IMG/VR virus record: IMGVR_UViG_3300017747_003223
Location: 1 to 59,330 of that record
Length of the DNA stretch: 59,330 nucleotides
Source: a virus
Taxonomy: Duplodnaviria > Caudoviricetes
Strand: one strand, 5' to 3'
Numbering within the stretch: the first letter of the stretch is position 1; each line of letters begins with the position of its first letter. The translations under genes and the position numbers were made by a program. Of this stretch, positions 1 through 8,363 are shown in pieces. The notes beneath the pieces were generated by a model that did no database searches, was not told where the DNA came from, and was given only the letters and a program-made list of their open reading frames with translations.

Positions 1-89
1 CCATCATCCTCGTTCTTGAGGATCGTGAAGCCCGCCTCTACCTGCCCATAACCCGGACCAAGCGTGTCCTCGCCGGTAGCCCCGGCTAA
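1..89 (+). CDS. 3' end of the secreted Cys-rich protein that begins at 59021 (spans the circular junction)
   Basis: The last base A of the window plus CC at 1-2 gives ACC; the frame continues IILVLEDREARLYLPITRTKRVLAGSPG to TAA at 87-89 with the C3-rich codon usage of other + strand genes. Confidence 0.75.
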   Translation, partial: IILVLEDREARLYLPITRTKRVLAGSPG

Positions 90-94
90 CCCTG

Positions 95-178
95 TGGGGT
101 GCAGTGGCAAGCTCATCATTGAGCAGGTAAAGCAACGATAGTCATCGTATAATGTGGGTTCGTATCCCACCCACCCCA
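95..178 (+). ncRNA. degenerate tRNA-like element
   Basis: TGGGGTG/CACCCCA acceptor-like stem and canonical T-arm GTGGG-TTCGTAT-CCCAC. Internal hairpins GCTCA-TCAT-TGAGC and ACGAT-AGTC-ATCGT; no 7-nt anticodon loop. Confidence 0.5.
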
Positions 179-188
179 TTCAATCTAC

Positions 189-288
189 GGGGGACCAGCC
201 TTCGGCTCTGGAGAGTAGGCCCTAGCAATAGGGCCGATGCGGTTCGATTCCGCTGCGATGCCATGAAAAGTGGGTTCGCTGGTCCCCC
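189..288 (+). ncRNA. structured RNA with T-loop and GNRA hairpin, unknown class
   Basis: 11-bp closing stem GGGGGACCAGC/GCTGGTCCCCC; GGCCCTA-GCAA-TAGGGCC; GCGG-TTCGATT-CCGC T-arm; non-coding gap before the 322 ORF. Confidence 0.6.
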
Positions 289-321
289 TTATTCTTTTCA
301 TTCCTCAGAGGAGCCCGTCCC

Positions 322-1113
322 ATGACCGCCACCACGGCCACACGTCCCGCCACCTTCCCCACTTACATCCATTTTGCTCGTGTCTCCACCCTCAACAATC
401 CTCGCATCTGCCCTCATGGCATCGCCTATGCCCATGAGTTGAACATGTTGGATTGGGAGATCGACACCACCGAGTTCATTAATAGGACCATCCCCATCCT
501 CATCGAGATGGGCAAGGCCCCCTCTCCCACCAACAAGCTGGGCAAGTTCCCCTCCCTCCTTGAGGGCGTCGGCATCATCAACCTCGAAGTGAAGCATCGG
601 TGGCGTGAGCAACTCCTCCGCCAACAGAACCGGGAAACAGAGGAAGGCTCTGTGGATTACCAGATCCAAGAGCGTCTCGATCTCCTCGCCCACCTCGCTC
701 GGTCCATTTGGGACCGTGACATTGCCTATTGCGGGCCAGAAGATAGTGACTTTGCTCGCTACAAGGCCATCATGTTCTATGCCTCCATGAAAGATGGTAA
801 GGTCCGCCTCCCCTATGGGGTGGACTACGCCGGTGTCTCCAAGCCCCTCATCCCCCTGTTCTGGGATCGCATCGTCAACTTTGATGCTGTCGATCCCGCC
901 GACCACCCCAAGCTAACTCAGGAGCAGATGGCCCACATCATGGGCCAAGCCAACAAGCTCAATGCCATCGAGGGCTTCAGTCAGGGTGGCATCTTCTGGT
1001 GTGACCGCTTTGCCAGCGAACAGCAGGAGTTCATCGACAACTTCGTTAGTGCCACCCCCCAAGTTTCCCTTCCTCCCTCCCGTGTCCCCCTCCCCCTCAT
1101 CCAAAGAGTTTGA
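322..1113 (+). CDS. hypothetical protein
   Basis: 263 aa ORF with GAGGAG SD upstream and typical codon usage; no motif recognised. Confidence 0.75.
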   Translation: MTATTATRPATFPTYIHFARVSTLNNPRICPHGIAYAHELNMLDWEIDTTEFINRTIPILIEMGKAPSPTNKLGKFPSLLEGVGIINLEVKHRWREQLLRQQNRETEEGSVDYQIQERLDLLAHLARSIWDRDIAYCGPEDSDFARYKAIMFYASMKDGKVRLPYGVDYAGVSKPLIPLFWDRIVNFDAVDPADHPKLTQEQMAHIMGQANKLNAIEGFSQGGIFWCDRFASEQQEFIDNFVSATPQVSLPPSRVPLPLIQRV

Positions 1114-1406
1114 CCATGATTACCACCACCCATGAGTGCGACCGATGCCATCGGCGGGGTGAACCCGCCATCATCGAGCTTCGCACTGTCTTCGTCCGCA
1201 TCTGTGCCAACCCCGTTGCCCTCAACAACTACTCCACCAGTCCCTACCGAGACCTCAACGCCCACTGGTGTGATGTGTGCTGTCGCCAAGTGGGCATCTA
1301 CCCTCCCGTTGCTTCCTCTCCCGCCGTGCCCATCTCTCCTCCTCCCACTCTGGAAGACATTGTGCGGGAGATCATCGCGGACGAACTCGCTAATCGAGAA
1401 CCATAG
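1110..1406 (+). CDS. small putative Zn-binding protein
   Basis: CDRC and CDVC CxxC pairs; coupled to the upstream stop; its stop abuts the tRNA. Confidence 0.6.
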   Translation: MTMITTTHECDRCHRRGEPAIIELRTVFVRICANPVALNNYSTSPYRDLNAHWCDVCCRQVGIYPPVASSPAVPISPPPTLEDIVREIIADELANREP

Positions 1407-1479
1407 GCCACATAACTCAGTTGGATAGAGTACCCCTTTCCTAAAGGGGAAGTCGTAGGTTCGAGTCCTACTGTGGCTG
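1406..1479 (+). tRNA. tRNA-Arg(CCT)
   Basis: Full cloverleaf: GGCCACA/TGTGGCT acceptor, ACTC/GAGT D-stem, CCCCT-TTCCTAA-AGGGG anticodon arm, GTAGG-TTCGAGT-CCTAC T-arm; no encoded CCA. Confidence 0.95.
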
Positions 1480-1578
1480 TGATTGGTGGTGGTGCGGGGG
1501 GTGGTGTGCTGAGAAATCGCCACCACCCCTATTGTCCTTGTGTCCTCTTTCCTTTCCTTCCTCCTTTGGAGTATCGTC

Positions 1579-1887
1579 ATGGCTCAGCTCATTCAGGGTC
1601 CCCTCTCCTCCTTGGTTCAGAACCCCACCGCATTGCGGGTGCTTGAGGACACCGCCTCCCAGCGTGAGGACTTCCCCAAGCCCGGCTCCAAGTACACCTT
1701 CGCGGCAGAAGCCGCCGACGTGGGTGCCTACAAGGGCATGGTCGTCCTCGTCATGAGTGCGGCAGCGGCCCGCGATGTTTCCCACCTCTTACATAAGGCC
1801 TGCTTGCAGCCCTCCCATGGCCATCCCCCCTTCATGCGGGCCCTCAGCACCACCCTGTTCACCACAGCCAAGGCTGTCCTTCCTTAA
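1579..1887 (+). CDS. hypothetical protein
   Basis: ATG at 1579 preceded by GGAG. Confidence 0.65.
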   Translation: MAQLIQGPLSSLVQNPTALRVLEDTASQREDFPKPGSKYTFAAEAADVGAYKGMVVLVMSAAAARDVSHLLHKACLQPSHGHPPFMRALSTTLFTTAKAVLP

Positions 1888-1942
1888 CCGTCCCTCCTCC
1901 TCCATCTTCCTTTCCCCTTTCCACTTTTCAGAGGCTCAACTC

Positions 1943-2191
1943 ATGATTTCCGATACCGCTCCCGCTCCCGATACCATCGTCGTGCAGAACCCCTCCCCCA
2001 CCTTCACCTTCGACAGCGCCACCGGTGAGTACACCATCAAGGGTACCATCAAGAACTGGGACGGCAAGCCCAGCGAGTCGGGCAAGCTCTCCAAGTTGGT
2101 GTTCATGCCGTTCACCCGCCTCATGGGCGTCAACTCCCCCTCGGGCAAGCCGGTCGCCGTCCAGTTGAACATCAGCCTTGACAACCGTTAA
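1943..2191 (+). CDS. small hypothetical protein (PSESGK motif)
   Basis: ATG at 1943 after GAGG; strongly biased codon usage suggests high expression. Confidence 0.65.
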   Translation: MISDTAPAPDTIVVQNPSPTFTFDSATGEYTIKGTIKNWDGKPSESGKLSKLVFMPFTRLMGVNSPSGKPVAVQLNISLDNR

Positions 2192-2202
2192 TAGGGGGTG
2201 TC

Positions 2203-2460
2203 ATGGCTCGGCTTCGCACCAAACTCAATCCCCTCTGTGGTGGCATCCGCTTCTCCATTACGGAAGTCATCAAGCCCGCCACCTTCAAGTTGCGGGCCCC
2301 CCACCACCCCCTCCATAAGGGCTGCGACTACATCCTCATTCCTACCGCCACCTACTCTTCTCCGCCTAAACCTTCCCAGCCCACCCGCGTCCTCTTCCCC
2401 AAGTGCCCGAAGGGCAAGCGTAAGTGCCGTCGCATCGGTGCTTACCCCAGCAAACCTTAA
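2203..2460 (+). CDS. small basic hypothetical protein
   Basis: ATG after GGGGG; frame with C3 bias. Confidence 0.5.
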   Translation: MARLRTKLNPLCGGIRFSITEVIKPATFKLRAPHHPLHKGCDYILIPTATYSSPPKPSQPTRVLFPKCPKGKRKCRRIGAYPSKP

Positions 2461-2497
2461 CCCCACCTCCACCCTCACCTCATTTAGATTGGCCACC

Positions 2498-3094
2498 ATG
2501 CTCCCCCAAATCATTCGTCAGCCCGGATTCCGTCGTCTGGATAACTCCTTCATCATCCTCACCGTGATGGCCTCGGGCCTCTGGGCCCCCTGTCTCCACC
2601 TCGGCAACGGCAACCTCATGCTCACCAACTCATGGTGTGAGAGTGCCACCCCTTTGGGTGCCCTTAACCGCTGGTACGATCTCAACCCCAACGAGCGGGG
2701 TAACCTCTCCGCCGTGAACGATGCAGCCGTCCTTGTCGTCGGCGTTGACCCCTTCTCCATCGCCCCCACCTTGGAGCCCTTCCTCTTCGGCGACATCAAT
2801 GCCCCCTCCGTCTACCGCGAGCCCGAGCCCGTGGTCGAGCCCACCCCCGTCCAGCCCGTGGTGTCCGACTTCACCCCCATCGAGCCCGCCACCACCGTGG
2901 CGGTCGATCCGCGTACCGTGGAGGCTACTGACGAGAACCTTCTCGCCTTGGGCCGTCAGTCCCACATCCTCATCATCCTCCGCGACAAGCTGCGGGTCTT
3001 GGAGGAGGAGTACGACGCCCAGCAGAAGGCCTATGCCAAGCTCGTCGAGGGCTTCTCGACCTTCAAGCAGTTCCCGCAGCAGTCCGAGCAGTAA
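2498..3094 (+). CDS. hypothetical protein with C-terminal coiled coil
   Basis: Likely start ATG 2498; the upstream part of the listed ORF is an out-of-frame shadow of 2203-2460. Confidence 0.7.
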   Translation: MLPQIIRQPGFRRLDNSFIILTVMASGLWAPCLHLGNGNLMLTNSWCESATPLGALNRWYDLNPNERGNLSAVNDAAVLVVGVDPFSIAPTLEPFLFGDINAPSVYREPEPVVEPTPVQPVVSDFTPIEPATTVAVDPRTVEATDENLLALGRQSHILIILRDKLRVLEEEYDAQQKAYAKLVEGFSTFKQFPQQSEQ

Positions 3095-3170
3095 CCACCT
3101 CCACCCGTACCATCTTCCAACCTCCTCTCCTCCCTCTTTTCCCCTTACCCCTTTTAGAAGGTAGTATCTC

Positions 3171-3395
3171 ATGAGCGACAACACCACCTGTTCGATCCGT
3201 TTCATTGACCCCTCCGGCCTCTCGACCACCGCCGTCATCCCCGCCGGTACCACCGTGGACGTGTTCCTGCGTGAGCGGAACATCAACCCGGACGATGTGA
3301 CCGTGCGTGTCAACCGGCAGGAAGCCAACCTCGGCACCAAGCTGACGAGCGGCGACACCGTGATGGCTAGTGCGGCCAAGGTCGCCGGGGCCTAA
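3171..3395 (+). CDS. ubiquitin-like (beta-grasp, ThiS/MoaD/Ub-fold) modifier protein
   Basis: 74 aa with the beta-grasp pattern (GTTVDVFL, VRVNRQEA, LTSGDTV) and C-terminus KVAGA; first gene before E2, JAB and E1. Confidence 0.85.
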   Translation: MSDNTTCSIRFIDPSGLSTTAVIPAGTTVDVFLRERNINPDDVTVRVNRQEANLGTKLTSGDTVMASAAKVAGA

Positions 3396-3423
3396 CCCCC
3401 TCCTCTTCATCATCCCTTCGATC

Positions 3424-3452
3424 CACACCTCCTACCGGGGGTGTGTTTCATT
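3424..3452 (+). terminator. intrinsic terminator/attenuator after the Ubl gene
   Basis: CACACCTCC-TACC-GGGGGTGTG hairpin followed by TTTCATT. Confidence 0.55.
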
Positions 3453-3498
3453 ATTAGAGATTCAAGTCCTCCTCCCACCACCCTAGAAAGGAGGTTTC

Positions 3499-4836
3499 GT
3501 GGCCGCTCCCCCAGGCTTTCGCTTCACCCCCACCACCAATCCTGCAACCGCCCGTAAGAAGTGCCTTCGCTTCTTCAGTCTTCTTCGTCAGCGTTGTCTC
3601 ATGCCACCCGACATTGACAACTCCCTTCAGGGCTTCCGCTCCAACATATTGAGGGAGGCAACCCGCCTCAAACAGGGCCTTGCTCAACTCAACTTCATCC
3701 TTCGCAATCCCAACCCCGACATTGCCACCCTTCGCTCGCTCGAACACAGCGTCAACAACATCCGTTCCCGTTTGTCGGGCACCTCCAACAGCCTCATTCA
3801 GAACACCGGCAGCTTTGCTCTACGGCTCACAGACAAACGATCATCCGCCGACAATTTCCGCATCATCCCCCTTCGCCTCACCAGCGATATCCTTTTGGAG
3901 TTGGATGCCTTTGTCCGCGTCTACCCCATTCAGGTCACCAAGACCCGCATCATCATCAAGCTGCCGGACATAGTTATTGATGGAGTCCCCTTGGGGGACT
4001 ACTACTTCACACTGTCCATGCCCGAAGAAGCCACCCGGCCTAACCTTCCCGGCTACTCAGCCTGCAACTACACCATCTTCCGTGATCCCAAGCTGCCTGC
4101 CCTCTGGGGTAACCGAGACCACCCCCACATCTATGACCGTCCTTGTTGGGGCCATGCCAGTGCCCCCCTTACTGCGGCCATCAGTCGTGGTGATCTCTTT
4201 GCCATCCATGATGTTTGCCGAGCCTATCTCACCACCTACAACGAGGACTCGCCTTACATCCCCCTCTACTTGTTGGGCCTTCCCGACGTTGCCAATGCTG
4301 TTCGTGCCGGTACCATCCCTCATCGTGGTAACCGCTACTACCAGCAGAACGGCATCCCATTCGTCATTCCCTCCTTCACCAAGAAGTTACGGATAGTGGG
4401 GGAGAACGGTAGATCTGAGCCCCGCCTCCAATGCTCGCGGGACGATAAGTGGGTCTGCATTGCACGGGACTGCTGGGATATCTTCCCCCCTCCCCGCTAC
4501 ACCCCCGCCATATTGCGGGCCCTCTCTACCAACGTAGCCATCATCGACTCTCCCGGCCTCATTCCCCACCTTCAGGCTCTTTATCCGGGTCGCTACGTCC
4601 CCGCCTACGTCAACTTCACTAATCGTCCCCTTACCGTCACCACCTTCCTCCCCCGTCCGCATATGGGTAGCATCCCCAGCAACATCATCATGACTATGCG
4701 AAGTATGCGTCACGTTCACGGGTCCCTCAACTCTCTCGAACCCATCATGTCATTGGGACCCTCTGATCGTCGCCTCGTCCAGCTCCCGCGTCGTTCTCGT
4801 CGCTCCCGTTACACCACCACGGATAACCCATCATGA
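3499..4836 (+). CDS. prokaryotic E2-like ubiquitin-conjugating enzyme with N-terminal helical and C-terminal extensions
   Basis: HPHIYDRPCWG matches the E2 HPxV/I...C catalytic motif, followed by ...YNEDSPY; GTG start with AAAGGAGGT SD; lies between Ubl and JAB. Confidence 0.78.
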   Translation: MAAPPGFRFTPTTNPATARKKCLRFFSLLRQRCLMPPDIDNSLQGFRSNILREATRLKQGLAQLNFILRNPNPDIATLRSLEHSVNNIRSRLSGTSNSLIQNTGSFALRLTDKRSSADNFRIIPLRLTSDILLELDAFVRVYPIQVTKTRIIIKLPDIVIDGVPLGDYYFTLSMPEEATRPNLPGYSACNYTIFRDPKLPALWGNRDHPHIYDRPCWGHASAPLTAAISRGDLFAIHDVCRAYLTTYNEDSPYIPLYLLGLPDVANAVRAGTIPHRGNRYYQQNGIPFVIPSFTKKLRIVGENGRSEPRLQCSRDDKWVCIARDCWDIFPPPRYTPAILRALSTNVAIIDSPGLIPHLQALYPGRYVPAYVNFTNRPLTVTTFLPRPHMGSIPSNIIMTMRSMRHVHGSLNSLEPIMSLGPSDRRLVQLPRRSRRSRYTTTDNPS

Positions 4837-6020
4837 CCCCCAAACCCCTTCGCGTCACCATCTCTCCCTTGGCAGAGGCCAAGATGCGTTCAGCCATCTC
4901 TCATGCCTCACCTAACGAGGTGGGCGGCCTCCTCATCTTCCATCCCACCGAACCTTTCTTGATAACGGATATCTTCTTCCCCAAGCAGGAAGTGAAGCCA
5001 ACCTATGTCGAGTTCGATGACAACAGCATCGCCGACTGGTTCGAGTACAACGTCCTCGACCTGAACAACCGCCCTCCGCGTGAGTGGCGCTACGGCTGGT
5101 GGCACCACCACCCCTTCAACAACTCACAACCTTCAGGGAAGGACGAGGATACCCATACTCGCCACTTCACCCACGCCAACATCCCCTGGTCCATCATGAT
5201 GATTACCTGCGATGGGGCGGGAGACTTCTGCCGCCTCCGGGTTAACGTGGACGGCGGTGCCTACGTCGATATCAACCCCACTGTCATCTATGGTCGCCAT
5301 CGCATCGACCTCTTCCCCGGTGAAGAGAACTTTCTCGACGAGCTTGAGAAGTTGGTCGTCGCCACCCCCCTTCCCTCTGCCTCCGTCACCCTCCACAACA
5401 ACTGCTCCCTCTACCGCAGCTATGGGGACTACGTTGAGGCCATCGCACGGGAGGAGCGGGAACAGGGCAAAGGGGAAACGGGGGTCGTCATCGTGGGTCC
5501 CCAACCAGCGGTCACCCCTCCGGCAACAGCAGCATTCGGTGAGGGCCCCGTCAACGTCATTCGGTCGATGCAGCCGCGTAAGAAGGCCGTAGAGTCCGCT
5601 AAGACCCTCAACTACGACATTGGCCTTCGCTCCCCCCTCAACGAGAAGGAAGCCGCCGCCTTCGCTGACGTTCTCATCCGCATCGTGCCCCAAGTCCACC
5701 CCGACCTCACCCTCTACCTGTTCTACGTCTGGCAGGCCCTCGCCCCCGAGGACCGCATCACCGTCAAGAACATCCTCAACACCACCACCTCGCCCACCAT
5801 CTCCAACTTGTCTACTTGGTTTTATCCGTTCGTCATCCAATACGCCGACACCCCGAAGGAGCTTCGCAAGCGTGCAGCTTTCTTCCAGCGTATCTCCTCA
5901 GATCGGATGCCCTCATGCGTGCAACGCGCTACACCGATATCGTCAACCCCCTCCGCTACTCCCAACTCCGAGTCCTCATCGTCGGCGTCGGTGCCATCGG
6001 GCACCCCCTCGCCAGCATGA
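4833..6020 (+). CDS. JAB/MPN+ (JAMM) metalloprotease, deubiquitinase-like
   Basis: EVGG ... WWHHHPFNNSQPSGKD is the canonical ExnHxHx7SxxD motif; ATGA coupling to E2. Confidence 0.9.
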   Translation: MTPKPLRVTISPLAEAKMRSAISHASPNEVGGLLIFHPTEPFLITDIFFPKQEVKPTYVEFDDNSIADWFEYNVLDLNNRPPREWRYGWWHHHPFNNSQPSGKDEDTHTRHFTHANIPWSIMMITCDGAGDFCRLRVNVDGGAYVDINPTVIYGRHRIDLFPGEENFLDELEKLVVATPLPSASVTLHNNCSLYRSYGDYVEAIAREEREQGKGETGVVIVGPQPAVTPPATAAFGEGPVNVIRSMQPRKKAVESAKTLNYDIGLRSPLNEKEAAAFADVLIRIVPQVHPDLTLYLFYVWQALAPEDRITVKNILNTTTSPTISNLSTWFYPFVIQYADTPKELRKRAAFFQRISSDRMPSCVQRATPISSTPSATPNSESSSSASVPSGTPSPA

Positions 6021-6601
6021 TCGCTCAAGCTGGTGATTGCACCCTCACGATCATCGACCCTGACACCGTGGAAGAAGTCAACTTCGGGGCTCAGGGCTAC
6101 TCCCCCTCCCATCTTGGCGAGCCCAAGGTGGCCTGCGTCTCCCACCGCATCCACACCCTCAATCCTCAGTGCAACTTGTTCGCCATTGGGGATGCCTTCC
6201 CCTCCGCCCACCTCTCTCCTCCCACCGAGTACGATATCATCATCTCCTGCGTGGACAACATGGACATTCGCGGTGCCATCTTCGAGTGGTCCCGTGCCTC
6301 TCCTTGCCTCTTCTTGGATGCCCGCATGGGGGCCGAGATCTTCCGCCTGTTCTGCGTGCCCCCCACCAACTCTGAATCAGAGGGTGCTTATCGCTCCCGC
6401 CATGTCTCCTTCCCTCAGAGTGAGGCCTCCCCCCTTCCCTGCTCCGGGCGTACCACCCCCCATTGCTCCGCACTGGCTGCATCTTTCATCTTCCACGCCA
6501 TCACCCTCCACCTTCGTAACATCCCCATCCCCTTCTGCACGAACCTGAACCTGCCTGCATTGGACTTGTTCGCACAGAACGCCTCATCCTTCCCCCCTTG
6601 A
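5915..6601 (+). CDS. ThiF/MoeB/E1-like ubiquitin-activating enzyme
   Basis: VLIVGVGAIG Rossmann motif, IIDPDTVEEVN..Q, KV, CVDN..R and DARMG; candidate catalytic Cys in PLPCSGR; start ATG 5915. Confidence 0.92.
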   Translation: MRATRYTDIVNPLRYSQLRVLIVGVGAIGHPLASMIAQAGDCTLTIIDPDTVEEVNFGAQGYSPSHLGEPKVACVSHRIHTLNPQCNLFAIGDAFPSAHLSPPTEYDIIISCVDNMDIRGAIFEWSRASPCLFLDARMGAEIFRLFCVPPTNSESEGAYRSRHVSFPQSEASPLPCSGRTTPHCSALAASFIFHAITLHLRNIPIPFCTNLNLPALDLFAQNASSFPP

Positions 6602-6613
6602 CGGACTATCCTC

Positions 6614-7168
6614 ATGGCTCACCAACTCCTCGCCGAACCCCACTTCGATCTCACCACCGTCCTTCCCAACACCTACGACCATTGTTCCGACCTCTACAGA
6701 GACTTCGAGTACCCCGATCCCGAATCCCCCAACCTCCTACCGGGTATGCAACTCGACATTCCCGGCGTCACCCTCCATCGCATGAACGACGTTGAGGGAC
6801 AGACCCACTACCAGCTCGCCTACTACGGCTTCGTCTTTGCATCCTTCGTCCCCGATGGATGGATCTTCCTCTTCTTCCCCTCCATCCGCTTCCCCGCCAT
6901 GGCCCACGTCTACACCCGTCTGCTTCGTGGTAGCTCCCTGTTCTTCGGCCACCTCACCGGCTCCCCGAGTGATTGGGTCATCGTTCGCAAGGGCATCGAC
7001 CCCATCACCCGCCTTCCCTCGGCCATCCGCCAAGTCTACTCCGTGGACTCCCCCACCTTGGCCGTGTTGCTGGCCATCGGTCAGATCCTCGGCCAACCCT
7101 CATCCAGTGGCTCCTTCCAAGCCGCCTCCGGCCAACCCGCCTCCACCCCCGTCGTCATCTTCGAGTAA
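6614..7168 (+). CDS. hypothetical protein directly downstream of E1
   Basis: 184 aa, 12 nt after the E1 stop. Confidence 0.7.
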   Translation: MAHQLLAEPHFDLTTVLPNTYDHCSDLYRDFEYPDPESPNLLPGMQLDIPGVTLHRMNDVEGQTHYQLAYYGFVFASFVPDGWIFLFFPSIRFPAMAHVYTRLLRGSSLFFGHLTGSPSDWVIVRKGIDPITRLPSAIRQVYSVDSPTLAVLLAIGQILGQPSSSGSFQAASGQPASTPVVIFE

Positions 7169-7206
7169 CCTTTTGTCCTATCATCTCTCGTCAAAGTGAG
7201 TACCTC

Positions 7207-7557
7207 ATGGAAGCCAAAAACATTCTCAAGCGTCAGCATGTTCGAGCAGTCGAGGACGCTATCATGGACCTGTCAAAAGAGCCTGCTGGGCTCAAGACCT
7301 TCGACAACCTCCCCTCTCTCGCCGCCCACATCACCCGCAAGCTGGGCTTCAAGGTCACTCCGACCAACGTGCGAAGTGCTTGCCGCACGCTCAACGTGGA
7401 GTACAATCGGGGCAGCACCAGCCCCGTCGCCTCCCTCCACAACAAGATGACCGGGCTTCAGCTAGCCGTAGACGTGCTCACCAAACGAGTGCAGAACATG
7501 GAAGAGGTTCTCACCCGTCCCTCCTCGGCTCCCCGAGCCGTCCCCCTCAACCGTTAG
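7207..7557 (+). CDS. putative winged-HTH DNA-binding protein with coiled coil
   Basis: LAAHITRKLGFKVTPTNVRSACRTLNV resembles IS630/Tc-type winged HTH; start ATG 7207. Confidence 0.55.
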   Translation: MEAKNILKRQHVRAVEDAIMDLSKEPAGLKTFDNLPSLAAHITRKLGFKVTPTNVRSACRTLNVEYNRGSTSPVASLHNKMTGLQLAVDVLTKRVQNMEEVLTRPSSAPRAVPLNR

Positions 7558-7565
7558 GCCCCCTC

Positions 7566-8018
7566 ATGAGTAACGTGCGTCCCTCTTTACCTGTACGGAC
7601 AAGCCCTACAACTTGTCACCTGCTCAACCTTGCTGATTGGGTCATCATCTACGGCCCCAACTTGGCACCTATTCGAGCATCTGCATCCTCCACCAGTGAC
7701 GCTGAAGAGTGGGACAACGGGCTCGACCCCAACCAGCCCGTCCACCTCGTTACCTCTCCTAACCTCCTCGCCTTGATGGGTATCCCTGTCCACATCCGGG
7801 CCATCCTCGATCCCTTCGTCCTCGCCCTCATGTTCGGTCTCGATGGCAAACCCCAGCGGGTCCTCATCATCGACACCCGTACCGTGTGCATCGCTCCTTG
7901 TACACCGGCATGGAAAGAAGCCTACTTCACGGCCTACAAAGACATTCAGCCCGGTGCCTTCAAGGCTACCGGCATCACCGCCGTCGATCAGGGCCTCACC
8001 TCCATCGAAACCCCCTAA
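7566..8018 (+). CDS. hypothetical protein
   Basis: ATG 7566; fits operon spacing. Confidence 0.6.
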   Translation: MSNVRPSLPVRTSPTTCHLLNLADWVIIYGPNLAPIRASASSTSDAEEWDNGLDPNQPVHLVTSPNLLALMGIPVHIRAILDPFVLALMFGLDGKPQRVLIIDTRTVCIAPCTPAWKEAYFTAYKDIQPGAFKATGITAVDQGLTSIETP

Positions 8019-8046
8019 TACCAACACCTTTTAACAGGGTAACCCC

Positions 8047-8358
8047 ATGCCCAGCGAATCCACGCTCATTGTCAACCGTCCCCCCATCGGCTCCACCATC
8101 TTCTCCCTGCCTGTCGAGATGGGACCCAAGGGTCTCGCCAGCCTCCACACCGACTTCCTCCCCATCGCCACCGAGATGATCTCCCACCTTCATGGCCCAT
8201 CATGCGGGGTAGCCCAAGTCATGATCCGCGTGGAAGTCAACATCATGGTATACAGGAAGCCGGATCATTTGAGTGAGGATGATACCGACGAATCCGGTCC
8301 CTCCGTCTCCGCTCCGGGCCCCACTTGGGACAACCCCATCACCCCATCATCGAGATAA
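8047..8358 (+). CDS. hypothetical protein
   Basis: 103 aa ORF in operon. Confidence 0.55.
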   Translation: MPSESTLIVNRPPIGSTIFSLPVEMGPKGLASLHTDFLPIATEMISHLHGPSCGVAQVMIRVEVNIMVYRKPDHLSEDDTDESGPSVSAPGPTWDNPITPSSR

Positions 8359-8363
8359 CCTCC

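Noticed and set aside
3171-6601. Thiamine/molybdopterin sulfur-relay (ThiS-ThiF) auxiliary metabolic genes
   Set aside because: No ThiG, MoaE or cysteine synthase nearby; the E2-like gene points to conjugation (not excluded without experiment)
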